Part shown: one piece after another, positions 44,105 through 60,322 of the stretch | Numbering within the stretch: the stretch's first letter is position 1 | How the letters are laid out: the number at the start of each line of letters is the position of its first letter | Source of the DNA: Podarcis cretensis | Taxonomy: Eukaryota | Direction: 5' to 3' | Assembly: GCA_951804945.1 (NCBI GenBank) | Contig: OX638160.1 | Coordinates: forward strand, 18,166,001-18,230,000 | DNA length: 64,000 nucleotides | The notes under the pieces: model-generated | The model's database searches: none | The model's input: the letters and a program-made list of their open reading frames with translations, nothing else | What the model was told of the DNA's origin: nothing | Made by a program: the position numbers and the translations under genes

Positions 44105-44957
44105 TAAAATCAACAGTACAGTAATAGCCGTTCTTGACACTTTTAAGCTGCTACTAAGCTGATTCTGAGGAAATGTCCCTAAACATGCTTAGAATCTGAC
44201 CTAATTTTAGGAACCTGCTTTTAATTGTGTTTATAAAATCATATGATTGCAAACCCACCCCCACCCCCCAAAAAGATTCTGGTGGGATTGTCCAGTCTGT
44301 ACGTTTTATCTGAGAATTAGCTAGCCGATGCTTGTCATTTTAAAAACCAACCAGCAGATGGTGCCCAAAAGCTGCAAGCTGACAAATTGCATTCCTTGCC
44401 ATTCTCAGTACAGCTGAGATGTCCAGATGTTATTGGATCCTCAACTCCTGCCAACCCCAGCCTGCCTGGCCAATGGCTATGAGAGTTGTTGTAGTACAAC
44501 AACATGTGGTCACAGCTTCCCCACCCGTTTTAGAGCTTTTGCTGCCTGAAATACGCATCTTAATTTTGTCTGCTATCACAGTCTGGTTCTGCAGAGCTCA
44601 TCAGCCGATATCTTGAGAACAGCCAAAACTAGTCCTGGTACTGCTGCAATCAGTGTGTATATGGCTGTTGGTTCTGTTTGTGAGCCACATGGCACCACTT
44701 AGATTGAGCACCTCCTTGCTCTCATGCCTAAAGCCCTTTTAGGTGGTTTCCTAGATTACAGTCGATGGTGTGAGCATATCCGCTATTAACAAGTAGCTTT
44801 TAAAAGAGAAATACAATTGCAACCCTAGTGTCCCCACACCTCCAACCTCCAAGTGCTGGAGTGGTTTTAAAACTTGTCCTCAAAAGTGGAGATGGTGTGC
44901 CTGTTCAGTATTTATCATGTAGCTCTTTAAAACAAAAGCAGGCTACTCACTTGCTGA

Positions 44958-45362
<405 letters not shown>

Positions 45363-46220
45363 TAGCCCGCCCATCTGGCTGGGTTTCCCCAACCACTCTG
45401 GGTGGCTCCCAACCAAATATTAAAAACACAGTACAGTACAGCATTATACATTAAAAACTTCCCTAAACAGGGCTGCCTTCAGATGTCTTTTAAAAGGAAA
45501 ATAGTTGCTTATTGCCTTAACATCTGCTGGGAGTGCGTTCCCACATTCAGTGCATTGGGACTGGGGTTTGCATGTGCATTGTCACTCGCTCCCCACTTTA
45601 AGCCCATATGTGTTCACTCTGAATGCAGTTAGTTTGGCCAAGCTATATGTGTGATAGGGAGCAGCACTTACGAAGGAGCAACTTGGAGCGTGTTCAAAAC
45701 TCCCAGGTTTCTCTGTATAATTGTGTCCAGAAATGCAGATATGGGGTAGATGGGTATGGTTTGTGGGGAACCTTGCAGGCCAAATTGGGACCCATGTTAG
45801 TAGGCCTACTTTAAACCAAGGCTCAAAGCGTTTTACTCAACTCCAGGAACAAGGTGGCAAGAGCAGAAAAGCAGAGTGATCACAACCAGGTATAGCTTGG
45901 ATGGATGCAGTATGGGAGGGTAAACAGTCAATCTCTAGTCAACCCAGCCTTCCTTCCTTGGTTGCTAATAGGGAAAGCAGCCATAGTTTTCAGCCTGTAG
46001 CAATCAAGGCTGAAACCCTTATCAGCTGGCTTTGACAGATGGGAGAGTCTTTCTCTGCTTTTGAGCCAACTCTTCCTATGTGGAGAGCTTTTGTTTTGTG
46101 TTCTGAAACTTTTTTATGGTATTCCATGGGTTTCCATTTGCGCCCCATAATTTCCAATAAGGTTGCTGTGATTCAGCTTGGCTGTCATGGCGTGTGTGCG
46201 CACGCGTGTGCGTGTATGTA

Positions 46221-46265
<45 letters not shown>

Positions 46266-46351
46266 AAGAGTGTTTGTGGGTGGGTGTGGGTGTGGACGTA
46301 TGAGAGAGAGAATGATGGCTGGTTTATATGCCTTTTCTAGAAAAGTTTTAG

Positions 46352-46468
<117 letters not shown>

Positions 46469-46726
46469 TAGTAGGAGATTTCTTGCAGATTTAATAATTA
46501 ACAGTCTTACGTTGAGAATTGAAATTCTTCAACCAGCCCTCCCTGACCTGTTGCCTTCCAAATGTTGTTGGACACCAACTCCTATTGACCGTAGCCAGCA
46601 TGGCCATTGGTCAATGATGATGGGAGCTATAGTTCAAACATATGTGGAGGGCACCAGCTTGTAGAAGAAAAGCCACCTTTAACGGATCAGTGTTAGTGTA
46701 GAAATAATTCACATTGCATATAAATA

Positions 46727-46959
46727 CAGTGGTACCTCCGGTTACAAACAATCCATTCCGGAGGTCCGTTTGTAACCCGAAACTGCTGGTAACATGAGGC
46801 ACACTTTCGCTAATGGCGCCTCCCGCTGCTGCCGGGGCACGACTTCCACTTGCATCCCAAGGCAAAGTTCACAACAAGGGGGCATCTACTTCCTGGTTAG
46901 CGGAACTTGTAACCTGCAGCATTTGCAAGGAGGACGGTACATAACACTAGGTTCCACTG
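46727..46959. mobile_element. Tigger-like MITE
   Basis: CAGTGGTACCT TIRs, TA TSD; same orientation as 26-410. Confidence 0.8.
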
Positions 46960-47155
46960 TAACTTAAATGCTTGTTCAGCTTGGATGCTGTCACAAAGTG
47001 CTTGTATAGTTCTGTAAGGAACGTTAGGTATGATAACTTACATTCTGCTAACGGGACAGCACAAATCTCCTATCCTTTAATATTATGAGAATTCTCCTGT
47101 GGCAGGGAAATGGGCTGAGGTCCAGTCTAGCACTTCCAGATTGCCAGTAAACATA

Positions 47156-47397
47156 CAGTGGTACCTTGGGTTACAGACGCTTCAGGTTACAGATGCTTCA
47201 GGTTGCAGACTCTGCTAACCCAGAAATAGTGCCTCGGGTTAAGAACTTTGCTTCAGGATGAGAACAGAAATCGCACAGCAGTAGCGCGGCGGCAGCGGGA
47301 GGCCCCATTAGCTAAAGTGGTGCTTCAGGTTAAGAACAGTTTCAGGTTATGAACAGACTTCCAGAACGAATTAAGTTCTTAACCCGAGGTACCACTG
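47156..47397. mobile_element. Tigger-like MITE (opposite orientation)
   Basis: CAGTGGTACCT TIRs, TA TSD; reverse complement of the 26-410 family. Confidence 0.85.
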
Positions 47398-49538
47398 TAT
47401 CTTTAAAATTCCAATTTTGATTCATTCAGATTTGAAGTTTAATTGTATTCCTCTGTAAGTTACAATGTAACCTGCAAGCATAAAAAAACCTACAAAGTGT
47501 TTGGAATACTATATACTGTCTCCAACAAGGGGGTGCATCAGTGTCCTTCCAGTATATGTTGCCTGCTACATATTTTCCTATGTGTTGTGATTTACAAGTT
47601 TATACTATTGATTAACTTGACCCCATTCTCATGGTTGTAGTATTGGTGCATTGAGACAAACCTGTGTGTTCATAAGTTCATTGCTCCCCTCTGCTGCTTT
47701 TAATTATCGGCATTCCATACTCACTTGCTGAGAAATTTATCTTAATTTCTAGACCAGAAAAATGTATTTGTTCCTGAGCACTGAATGCTCTGGACATTTT
47801 CACTGCCTCTGCCAACTTTCATCTTGGACAAATAGCTGCTTAATATTTTTTGGGAGCTAATTGTGAGAAACATCCCAAATTTAGCAGCAAATACTCAGCT
47901 TTAAGCTTCTGGCAACCATTAGGAACTTTTAACACCCTGGTATATTACAACTTGAAGGTGACTGAAATTTCAGTATTGTTGACTTTTCTAATAAACAAGA
48001 AGGTTTTTGTATGTGGGAATATCAGTAAGATGTCTGGATAAAATGTTCAGTTTCCAAATAGTTTGATTAAGGTTTTTTTTTCATGTGTACAGCTAGCATA
48101 AATCATGTGTTCCCTGGCAAGCACGGTTTTTGATGTTCTTCTGTATAATTTGAAAAACCACCTGTTCTTTCTGTAGGTTATAAGTTGGGTGCTTAGGAGA
48201 AGATTAGTTGTGTCATAAAACTCTTGCTGATTCTACTGAAAGATATATTCTCTCATACCTGCGTGCGTGTGTGCGTGTGCGTGTGTGTGCGCGCACACAC
48301 GCACACAGACACACACGAAGAAAGAAACTGAATTCAACCCACTGGCTCATAGTTTGTTCCTAACAGTTTTGAAAACACTAATTGCTTACTGACATTTTAT
48401 TTTATAGTTCAGAAACTCTCTGTTCCTTCTGGACTTTAAGAAAAAGCAAAATATTGTTCCTCCAGTGAAAATAGTTCCTTCATGTGATAGACTTTACCTC
48501 CTAAAACACAATGCAAATTACGTATGATATTTGATTGGAATATATTATTTCTAAGAGTGCTCCAATTTCCATCACTTCATTATGGGAAGATCTTTTGCAT
48601 CTACATTGTTAGCACAATGGTCTTAAGAGTTCACATGTCATGTTTAGTGTCAGGGTTTATTTTTTCTTTCTTTCTGGCAACTTTGATTAACAGAGATTGG
48701 GTCATATTCCCATTATTAGAAACAATGAGACACATCTTTCTGTCTGCATTGTGCATTTTATAGCCAGAGAATTCATTCTTGAACATAGTTCCTGATTTCT
48801 TGTTGCTTTTGTGGCAATTTGGGGGGAAAGATGGCTTTTCCTTTTAAAACAGCCTTGTACTTGCAACCTGATGTACTCCAGTTGACATAAAGAAAATAAC
48901 AAGCTCTCTTAAGGACCGCTTTTTATTTTCCTCCACTTAGACAGCCATCAGCTTGGCCCTAACCTCTTGATGCCACTCGGTGGCACCAAGGGAAGAGGCC
49001 ACTCTGTTTCCAAGTGACTAGTTAAATGAAAAGAATCCGACCAGTTCTGTGTTGTTTGCAGATCTTGGATGGCTGCTGAATATCTTTTCAGATCTCTGGG
49101 GAAAGGAGTAGTCAGCCTTCAGACTGGAAGTTACTTCCGTTGTGGCACTTACACAGAACTTGTCAGATAAAATGAATTTGACACCCATCTGCTAGGGAAC
49201 CTTTTCTCGTTCCCTAAGAAGTCAGAAACAGTTTAGCTTTCCTCTTCCACCATCATTTTCTTTTTTAAAAAACTGCTTTTTTCTCCCTAGCACTATCAGG
49301 ATTGGTGGGTTAGACATAGTGGAAGAATGGGAAGTATCTGCTCTTTGCCCATGAGGTGATTTTTCCCATGGAGTCTTTAAAGCTCCTGTTTGCTGCTAGG
49401 CTATTAAGTTTTTAGGGAAGTTTTTAATGTTTGATGTTTTATCGCTTTATTATTATCATTATTAATACTATGTTGGGAGCCGCCCAGAGTAGCTGGGAAA
49501 ACCCAGCCAGATGGGCGGGGTGTCTCTCTCTCTCTCTC

Positions 49539-49578
<40 letters not shown>

Positions 49579-50463
49579 TTTATTTTATTATTAAATGTGA
49601 ATGCTTTAGAGTTTGGGAAAAATCTGATCAGAGAGTATGAGGTATTCTCTGCCTTCATAGGCTGGGGGCCTGGGTACCAAGAACACTCTAAATAGCTACC
49701 TCACTTTTACCAGTGTGAGGATTGGCAGACTGCGTATATATTAGGAGACCAGGTGAGAAACATAGCTGTCCTATGATAGCAAACCTAAAAGGCATTGTTA
49801 AAGTTCCTAAACTTTTCCCATTCCTAACAGCTGGTTTTGTAGGCTTGTTCCTTCCATCCTTCATGTGGTATCAGTCGTTGTGTGGTTTTGGGTTGGAAAC
49901 CGAGAACTACCACCACTGTAATTCGTGCATCTTTTCACAAGTTCCAAGAATTGTAGAAATCAAAGTGGCAAGGTTATGATAGTGGGTGGGAGATAATTCT
50001 TTTGGGTACAGAGAAGCTGGTCAATCCTAACTCGGGTCCCTGGTTTGTTCATAAACGGAGGGCTTCTTTCAGGTAAGGACAGTCTTTGTAACTAATACCC
50101 AGTGCTTGACACAGCCTCAGCAACCAACCACCTTTCAGCAGAGCCAACCGTGTTATCTGACCATGTAAAATTCACATTTTGGCGGCTTCTTCTGCAGGCA
50201 GCATAACTAATAAATGTTCCACTCTTTTCATCCTCCATTTGCACTGGATTCCTGCCTCCAAATACGATGGGGCTATATGGTTCTTCTACTCCCTCTCCTG
50301 CCCTAAAAAGTTGAAATAAAAAGACAGCAGATACTATCACAGTATTGTTGGATTTTTGCTGCCATTCCTTTCTACCCTTCCACCCAGCACACTTGGTAGG
50401 GATGCGAGAGAGGGACTTCTCAGTGGCTTCTCCCAGATTTTGCAACTCCCTAGAGAAGCTAGA

Positions 50464-50814
50464 GGGATGTGGGTGGCACTGTGGGTTAAACCACAGAGCC
50501 TAGGACTTGCCAATCAGAAGGTTGGCGGTTCGAATCCCCGCCGCGGGGTGAGCTCCCTTTGCTCTGTCCCTGCTCCTGCCAACCTAGCAGTTCGAAAGTA
50601 CGTCAAAGTGCAAGTAGATAAATAGGTACCGCTCTGGCGGGAAGGTAAATGGCGTTTCCGTGCGCTGCTCTGGTTCACCAGAAGCGGCTTAGTCATGCTG
50701 GCCACATGACCCGGAAGCTGTACGCCGGTTCCCTCGGCCAATAAAGCGAGATGAGCGCCGTAACCCCAGAGTCGGTCATGACTGGACCTAATGGTCAGGG
50801 GTCCCTTTACCTTT
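50464..50814 (+). mobile_element. Sauria SINE, second subfamily
   Basis: TSD TAGAGAAGCTAGA (50451-50463, 50815-50827). Confidence 0.95.
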
Positions 50815-52995
50815 TAGAGAAGCTAGACAGGCTCCCTCCTTGTAGTCCTCCTGCTGTTTATCCAAATAATTGTTATTGGTTTTCATGTAAATACAAGCAC
50901 AACATATAACTACAGTAACTTGTCGAGTGGTACATTCTTACTAAGTTTCATATGCAGTTAACTGGGCATCAGGGTTAAGACTTTCTTGTTCCAACAGGCT
51001 TTTGGAAACTGGCTGCTTATAATGAGAGAGCTGGTGCGCTGCTGTTTTTATTGTAATTATTGGTAAAGTGGGGAGGCAGCCGAGATACATTTCAGACATC
51101 GTGATATATCAGCATATTGCGGTATTTAGCTGCTGATATATCATGTTGTCGAAAACCAGGTATTGACCCAATCCTGTGAAGCAGAAATACGTTGTGTGTC
51201 CTTACAGATGGCCAAGGGAAGTTAGTAGGAAATTTTAGTACTACAAACTGGTATGAAATGCACCACATTAAAATTCTATGGTTATTAGGAACAGCTTGAT
51301 ACCAATGGACTGTCCAGCATGACTACAAAGGGATACTGCTTACTTTTTTGTGTACATCCCTGGGGCCAGATGCTGCTACATAGTGAATGGTAATGACAGG
51401 ACTGATGCACAAATTGTTAGTTGACATCAACCTTTCTTGCAGATTTGCAGAATTGAAATGTTAGCAACAGCCTTAATAAGGGCTTAACTCTGTGCTATTT
51501 AAATTGTCATTTTAATCAGTGATTTGCTTTCTAAATCCCGCTTTCTAATTTATTTGATCAGACAAAATTAACTAATGTACTTAGAATTTAGATAGAGTTT
51601 GCCTTTTTCTGAGCTGGTTTCAGACAGGCTTCAAAGGAAAAGGGGAGGCTCTGAAATGGAAAGTCTCCTGTGTTTTTTCTTTTTATGAACCTCCTTGTGT
51701 CAGTGGGAGATGGCCCCAATAAATTCTAACCCCTGAGGCTTGTGAATTAAATTAGACCGGGGTTTTTTGATGTTGTATTAGCAATCTCCACTGTAGCTAT
51801 CAGTTTTATTTAATGAGCAATTAATGTAAGTAATGAGTGATAAATGTTTCTTAATAGGAAAGATATGAAATACAGTTCTAAAGGCTATTACTTGAATTGT
51901 TAACATGTACATTTGACTTTCATGAATATCTAGTGCTCAATTCCAGTAATAAACCTTTATTAATTATCATTAGTGAATTATTAATCTTTTGGTTTATCTT
52001 TTATAATAAGTATAGCATGAGGCATTCTTTGGATTTGCTTGAAGAATTGCAGGCTTTTCTCCCAATTCCTCCTTTAACAAAAGACAGAATGTTCAAAGTT
52101 CTGTTGTGGTGTTTAAAGATTCTGTGGCCGGTTAAAATAATATGATTTAACCCTAACTAGTGGGTGGTATTACATTCTACCATCTCCGAAGATACTGCTG
52201 TATAGTTAGTTAGCTCAAAGTAAGGGAAAAAGAAAGGAACTAGGAATACTCCTCTTGAAATTTTGTAGTCCTCTCATCCATGACTTGCTCTGAATTTAGA
52301 GCGTACCTAGCAGTTTTTGAAGCTAATTCTTAGAGTTAAGGGACCCTTAAACAAAGCCTGATTTGCTGGCTCCTCTAGTGACCTTTTTGCTGTCTTCCAA
52401 GAGGGACTCAATGGGGTGCTCAGGAGTTACCAACACACATTTCCTGAGAAACACTGTCAGTCGCCCAGCCAGTCTAAGCTTTAAGAAGAGCGGGAACTGC
52501 CTGCCTCGCAAGTTGCTTGCTTGAAATTGCTTCATGTGTCTTAAGGAGCTAGTTACTTTCTTCACAGGGTGGTGGCTGGTCATATTAAAAATCTATATAA
52601 AGTGATTAACTATGAATAAATAAAAAGGTATATTCTGCAGTGGAATGCTAATAGATCCAGTTAAAGATACATGTCAATAATTGTACTAATTAAAGTTGGC
52701 AGTAATAATAGTAATTATTATTCTTATTAAACTGTATTATCCACCCATCACCATCAGGTCCCAGGGCAGATTACAGCAATTTAAACTTCAATATTAAAAA
52801 ATAGTTAAAACAGATTCGTCAAAAGAAGGTCCTGAAAATGCATAGTGTCAAAAGCCAGAGTAAAGATGCATGTCTCCAGCATACTATGCTGAATTTAACA
52901 CCCAAGAGGGTCTGTAGGAAAGGAAGTGATCTTTCAGAGATGTGGGGCCTAGCCCAAACCATGCTATCAAAAGCACTGAGTGCTGGTAGCAAAGC

Positions 52996-53040
<45 letters not shown>

Positions 53041-53362
53041 CCCCACTACCCAGTTCTACAGTGGTTAAAATGTTGTATTCAGATGGGGAGTAGGATGATT
53101 AAAATGTTAAACTCTTAATAAATATTCTTGCAATGCAGGGGGTTGGACTAGATGATCCTCAGGGTTCCTTCCAACTTTACAGTTCCATGATTCTGTGTTT
53201 GCACTTTCTTTGTGATTGGATCTTTTTGCTTCATGAGTTTACAAGCATACGTTGCATTATATCTGACATTTGAAGAAGGTTCATTGTATTATTGTGTATT
53301 ATTATGCTAAGCTCTGCACTAACCAGAATTCTTTGTCTTGAGGTATTTGGCTGAGGACTTAA

Positions 53363-53512
<150 letters not shown>

Positions 53513-54029
53513 TAATATGCTAATACTAGTTTTTTATTATTGGAACCCATAAATCCTTTGGAAGTTTAGTAAATTTTTTAAAACCCTCTTAAAATTACTT
53601 TCGTTGACATTGTTAATATGGTTGTGCTGATTTAGCACTAATAGGTATCTTAATTTCATCTCCTTTGAAGCTTGCCTGTAGGATTTATTGCTTTACAGAT
53701 TGTATCTTTGCGATATTAACAGTGTTCTTCAGAAATGAGCTGTATTTCGAGACAGCCTTTTGGAAAACACCCAGTTATTAGTATAGGTTGAAAAAAGTAA
53801 AATGTTAACATAAGATTCAGGTTGATTATACAGGCAACTCGGCATAGTTTGATTCTTTAACAGTGCATTGAGCTGGAGCAGTTTAAGGTCCTTGTTAGCA
53901 AGACCTAGAAAACTGGGACAGAAGGCCGTTATGGAAGTGTGTGTGCAAGGAACAAATTAATGCAGACACCGGGAGACAGGATTGGGGGGTAATGGATGTG
54001 GATATGACTACACTAAATGAAAGACAAAA

Positions 54030-54470
54030 TGAATAGCCTGGCTGAATCAGACTGGCAGCTCATTCGGTCCAGCATCCTGTTCTTACAGTGACCAACTAGA
54101 TGCCCATGGGAAGTCAGCAAACACAACCTAAACTCCACAATATTTTGCCCACTTACGTTTCACACCAGCTGGTAATCAGAGGCACATTACCTCTGGCAGT
54201 ATAGGTAGTAAATAGCCATCATGGCCAGTAGCCACTGAGGTATTTCCATGAATTTACAAATAGGTGGCCAGCACTGCTACTTGTGAGAGTAAATTCCATT
54301 GTTCAACTATGCACTGTGTGAAGACGTTTGTTCTTTTGTCTGACCTGAATCTTCCAACATTCAGCCATATTGGGTGGTCTTGGGGCCTAGTACTATGAGA
54401 GAAGGAGAAAAATGTCTTGCTATCCACTTTCTCACACTGTGCATAATTTTTATATACCTCAGTATCCCAG
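54030..54470 (-). mobile_element. CR1-type LINE 3' end
   Basis: Peptide TRPQDHPIWLNVGRFRSDKRTNVFTQCIVEQWNLL; 3' UTR shared with ~10975-11200 and ~26468-26680. Confidence 0.7.
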
Positions 54471-54676
54471 CTGTGTACAGCAACATGCTTTATTTGAGTT
54501 ATTTCTTTCACTGAGAGAACCAGTTAATAAAACCCTTAGCTCATTTCTTCTCTGCATGCTTGGTTCAGTTAACCACCAGGCCTTGGGCTACTCCATGCCT
54601 GGCCCCACGTTGAAGGAGAGTGCCATTTTTAAAATTTGTAATGTGAGCTAAACCGGTTCATGAAATGCATCGTTGA

Positions 54677-55015
<339 letters not shown>

Positions 55016-55719
55016 TAGTAACGGAGGGCAACCTGTGCTTCCCCAGATGTTGCTGAACTGCAGCTCCCATCATATCTGACCATTGACCATTCTGGCTGGG
55101 AGTGATGGGAGTTGGAGTCCATCAACATCTGGAGAGCCACAGGTTCCTCATCGTTTGCTTATAGAATTTCAGATTGGCCACATTTTTATGTGGTTTTGGA
55201 ACACTGTGTCAGGAGCTTGTCCTACACTCGAGTAGGACCCTGGCAGAGACACATGCCCGACTGGCATGTTCTCTCCTTCCTGGTCTTTCGTTCAGGAGCT
55301 TCAAAAGCTTTCTTCTGCCTGAACATCACAGCGACCGATGCCAACAGACATCAGCACACTTAGGGATCCACAGAGTCTTGGCAGCTTGCATAACAGACCT
55401 CAGCAACTCAGCATTTTGGCTAATCTACTTTATTTATGTATAAACACACACGGAGCACTGCAACATGGCTCCCTCTCTCTCTCTAGCATCAGACAGCAAA
55501 GAGAAAGAACAAAGGACAATAGTCCCACTTCACGGAACACAGTAACACAAACATCCTGTCTCTATCACTTCCCACTTCGTGGAGTCAAAACATACCACGT
55601 CATGTGAAATACAACAATCCCATAAGAGCCATCATGGAGCAGGAATTCTAACACATTGTCCATGAGAACAATGCAAATTACACCTGCCTAAAAACCTTGA
55701 ACTTCATGCCTCTCAAGTA

Positions 55720-56081
55720 AGGTAAAGGTAAAGGACCCCTGGATGATTAAGTCCCATCAAAGGGGTGTGGTGCTTATTTCACTTTTCGAGGCTGAGAGAG
55801 CCGGCGTTTGTCCGCAGACAGCTTTCCGGGTCATGTGGCCAGCATGACTTAAACTGCTTCTGGTGCAACGGGACAAGTGCCAGAGTGCATGGAAATGCCG
55901 TTTACCTTCCTTCCACAGCGGTACCTATCTACTCGCACTGATATGCTTTCAAACTGCTGGGTTGGCAGAAGCTGGGACAGAGCGACGGGAGCTCACCCCA
56001 TTGTGCAGATTCAAACCGCGACCTTTCGATTGGCAAGCCCAAGTGGCTTAGTGGTTTAGACCACAGCGCCACCCACGTCCC
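55720..56081 (-). mobile_element. Sauria SINE, older copy
   Basis: TSD TCTCAAGTA (55711-55719, 56082-56090). Confidence 0.92.
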
Positions 56082-56822
56082 TCTCAAGTACCAGTCCCCA
56101 TGCCCCTTTGCAAACTGCTTTTGAAACTCAGTGTTCTTTCAGAAAAAGTTGGTAAAAATGACATGAAGTTTTACTCCTCAAAATGGACAAAACCTCAAAA
56201 ATCTCACCTACACCTAGGCCCCATCTAAAGTACTGAAGCTTGGAGTGCTGTGTGTGCCTGTTTCCTGTGCATCTGAGGGGACTTGAGCTTCCATAGTTAG
56301 CAAAAAGAACATCCTGAAGTACAGCTTACCCAGAACATTCCTGACTATGGGCCTTCTAGACAAGACAGTAGACAGTTATTACAAACCTAATCCTTGAACA
56401 GTGCAACAAACTCATGTTCTTAAAGCTATATCTATCCCCATAGGCTGAAATGAGATTATCTGTAAGAAATGGTCCATTTTTCCTCAGTGCCTTTTTGTAA
56501 TTCAATTTAAGAGGACTAGGAAGTGCACTTTCTAACTTTCCCCAGGAATGTCACAGGATTGATAGACTAAAACATGTTCTAATTATTTTTCAGTAGTTGG
56601 TCTTGCTATATTTCAATCTTGTTAACAACATTAGGCATTTTTGTGTTCAGCGTAGTGGAACAATTGCACTGGGCTCGTTTTAAAAACAATCATATATGTA
56701 AAATGCATTATCTTGAGTGCCTTGAGTTGCCAAACTGCTCCATAGGGAAGTTAAATAATTCAGACCTGCCAAATTGAAGAAAAAAATAGCAATATGTTTA
56801 TATTTCAACAGCGAAGATGTAA

Positions 56823-57071
<249 letters not shown>

Positions 57072-57879
57072 TAGCTTGAATTGCACGAATAGTATAAAAC
57101 TGAAACCTATTTTTAAAACTGCTAACTTTTTGGTGTTAGAAGTAGAAAGAGTTATGGGAGGCAAGCAAGATCATTGCAATGAGGTTGCTAGTATAGACAG
57201 CATCGCATTTTCAAGGCGATCCAGTGCAAATTGGGCTTCAAATTGAGAAGTGTGGATTAAATTGGGAATTTCCAATTTACCGAATTGCTCTAAGTCTCAT
57301 CAGTCCTTTACAGCTAACAGCATTAGTCATTCCAACTTGTTCACAGTGATTACAGCTTGAAAAATAAAACATTTGAACTAGGAATGTCATTCCTTTCAAC
57401 CATGTGTCATGACAGATATCTAGATAAGCTAAGAATTAATATTTCTTGAATCTCAGTTGCGTAATGAACTAAACTTTTATCAAATTAGTCTTATTACTTC
57501 ACTTATCCAATTGATCCACCACCTTCTCCAAAAACCGGATATTGCAACTGGCCGATAGCTGGGAGTCAGTAACCTCTGGACCTTCCATAATTACTCAGCT
57601 GGCTGGCTACTAGAGGACATAATGCAAACTGCAAAAAGAGCTTTATTCATAGCCCACACTTCCAGTGGCAAGCATGATTGTAAATACTTGCCAGTGTTCG
57701 GTTGGCTTCAGAGCGAGACTAGCCACTTGTGCTCCAGTCTTCTCCTACCTGGTCCATAGTCTAGAGCAGAGTTTCCCAAACTTGGGTCTCTAGCTGTTAT
57801 TGGACAATAATTGCCACCATCCCTAACTAGCAGGGCTAGTGATCAGGGATGCTGAGAAGTTTGGGAAACCCTGGTCTAG

Positions 57880-58620
57880 AACTCCTTAGAGTCCCAAGGA
57901 GCTGCTCCAGCTCCATCACGCCTCTGAAGGCGGGCCATCTGAATGGGCCCACCATTCTTACAGGGGAGAATTGCCAGTGTCCGCCCAGATAATGACAGGG
58001 GTCTGACCATGACAAGGAAGTGCTTTGCACTCCTGCTACATCAAGAGTGTGCCCTGCCTGGTGTGTTGGACCAATGGCCATCTGAGAGAGACCCATGGTT
58101 GTCATGGATGTCATGAAGTCTCTAGCTGGCCTGACAGCAGCCTTCATGTGGATATGGATATGGAAATCACCCAAGATTATCATCTGAGGGTCCTCCTCAG
58201 AAACTACTTTAGCAAGCCTGATCAGGGATGTTTAGTAGACCAGCAGCACCCCTGTCTTTCTGTCCCAATACCAGATGCAGACCCTCTGAGCCCATCTCAA
58301 GATCAAGAGGCTTCCTGGCCAAGGAGATGTTGCTCTTATGGACAATAGCAACACCCCCACCTCAACCCCCTAGTTATGCACAATCAGGTTGTGCATGAGC
58401 ATGGTTTTATTATGGACCAATCTAGCATTCAGCAACAGCACCACCGGACCAGAGGAGACAGTGGATATGCTACCAGTAACTTCTGATGGAGTCAGAGGGC
58501 TGAAACAAGGATCAGAGACCAAATCCCTAGGCCTCTGTCCCTGATGGTGGTCAGCCCCCACCCCTGCTCAAAATGTGCCTTCCCCTGCCCAACACCACTG
58601 AAATCTTGCCCAACCAGAAG
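57880..58620 (-). mobile_element. L2/CR1-clade LINE APE endonuclease remnant
   Basis: Peptides VLLLNARLVHNKT, IILGDFHIH, MTTMGLSQMAIGPTHQAGHTLD in shifted frames. Confidence 0.75.
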
Positions 58621-59403
58621 CATTAGCACGCCATAATTCACCCCATATGCAGCTTGGAGATTTGAATACAGAATAGCAAGCTCAGGACCAGTACTAGATG
58701 CATCCTACACAGCCAGAAGTTGATGTTAAATCCCCTAACCACTCTCTTCCCCCTGCCTCTCACTCACAACTTCCACAAAGCAAGACTTCCCCTCCACCTG
58801 GCTCTCACCCTAGCTGAGGGTCACAGGCCTGTTTCACACAGTGCCTTCTATATCCTGACTGACAGTATGGGGCGCCCCTGCCCCTGTCTCTTCCTGACGT
58901 ATGACTCAAAAGTGGCAAGCCCCTTTGGTGTCAAGCTGGTTATAGCAAGGCAAGCCCTGGGAACCCCCCCCCCAACTGCATTCACTCAGCCAGCAATCAG
59001 GCAATAACCCACGCTATTAAGCAGAGCAAACACTGTTACCTTCAGCCAGATGATACACAGGTCAAGCAAATGCTGCACACACTTGCTGGCTGGGAGGACA
59101 GACCAGGCAAGGACCAGGATGGTACAAAGTCCTCCCTGTTTTCTCTGTGAGTCTGCTGACTTTTTGTTAAGTAGCTTAGAGAGTGTTTCAGTGGTCTCAC
59201 ATCCAGACACTGCTGAGATCCAACTCACCTTAACTTCCAAGTGCACAATAGCATTAGCATCGCCATCAGGATTCACTAACAGAAACCATAGTGTTAGCTA
59301 TGAGCACAATTCAATGCACAGCCTGAACATACAATTCCACAACTGCATTCCTGGTGCAAACTTCACAGCCAACCCCCTGAATTATACCTTGTTAGACTAT
59401 TGA

Positions 59404-59622
<219 letters not shown>

Positions 59623-60027
59623 TAACTTATTCTGTTCTGGTGGAAATTTGTAGAATGTAGTAGGAGATCTTGTTAAGGACAGTGGTTTGGTTATTGCTGT
59701 TTTTGGCCAGGTTGGAAGCCCCTAATGCTATATATAAATTGGAACTCTGGTGTTAGAACTGTCAACTTTAAATACAAAACATAGGGCACAAAATGCCATG
59801 TTAGGTATCCCCAAGCAGAGTCACAAGGCGTTCAAGAACCAAGGTACGACTGTATACTCTGTGGAAAGCTCAAGACTGTTCACAAGGAGGAAAAATAATA
59901 TTATATGAACTATCCCACAGTTCAGGAAAAAAATGAATGTATGCCCTTTTAGAATGATGTGCAGAAGGTGACATTGGTTTTGTTTTGAAGCTTTATAACT
60001 CATTTGAATCAGGTATATGTTAAATAA

Positions 60028-60183
<156 letters not shown>

Positions 60184-60314
60184 GGGTAATATCCTGCAGG
60201 TATGGTTGTACGGAGATCATTGCTGTCACTGCTTGGTGTGTCCTGTGGGGGGGAAAAAAGCAGGCCTGCTGTGTCTCCATAATTGGTCACTTTGGCAGCC
60301 CCTGTTTTTTCTGC

Positions 60315-60322
60315 TGTTTACA
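60315..60322 (+). promoter_or_regulatory. miR-30 family 8mer seed match in the CUL2 3' UTR
   Basis: TGTTTACA is complementary to the miR-30 seed (GUAAACA) plus A1. Confidence 0.5.

Noticed and set aside
55200-55700. Possible LINE-like fragments here and at ~61200-61640
   Set aside because: Look repeat-derived but too decayed to assign family or boundaries by eye
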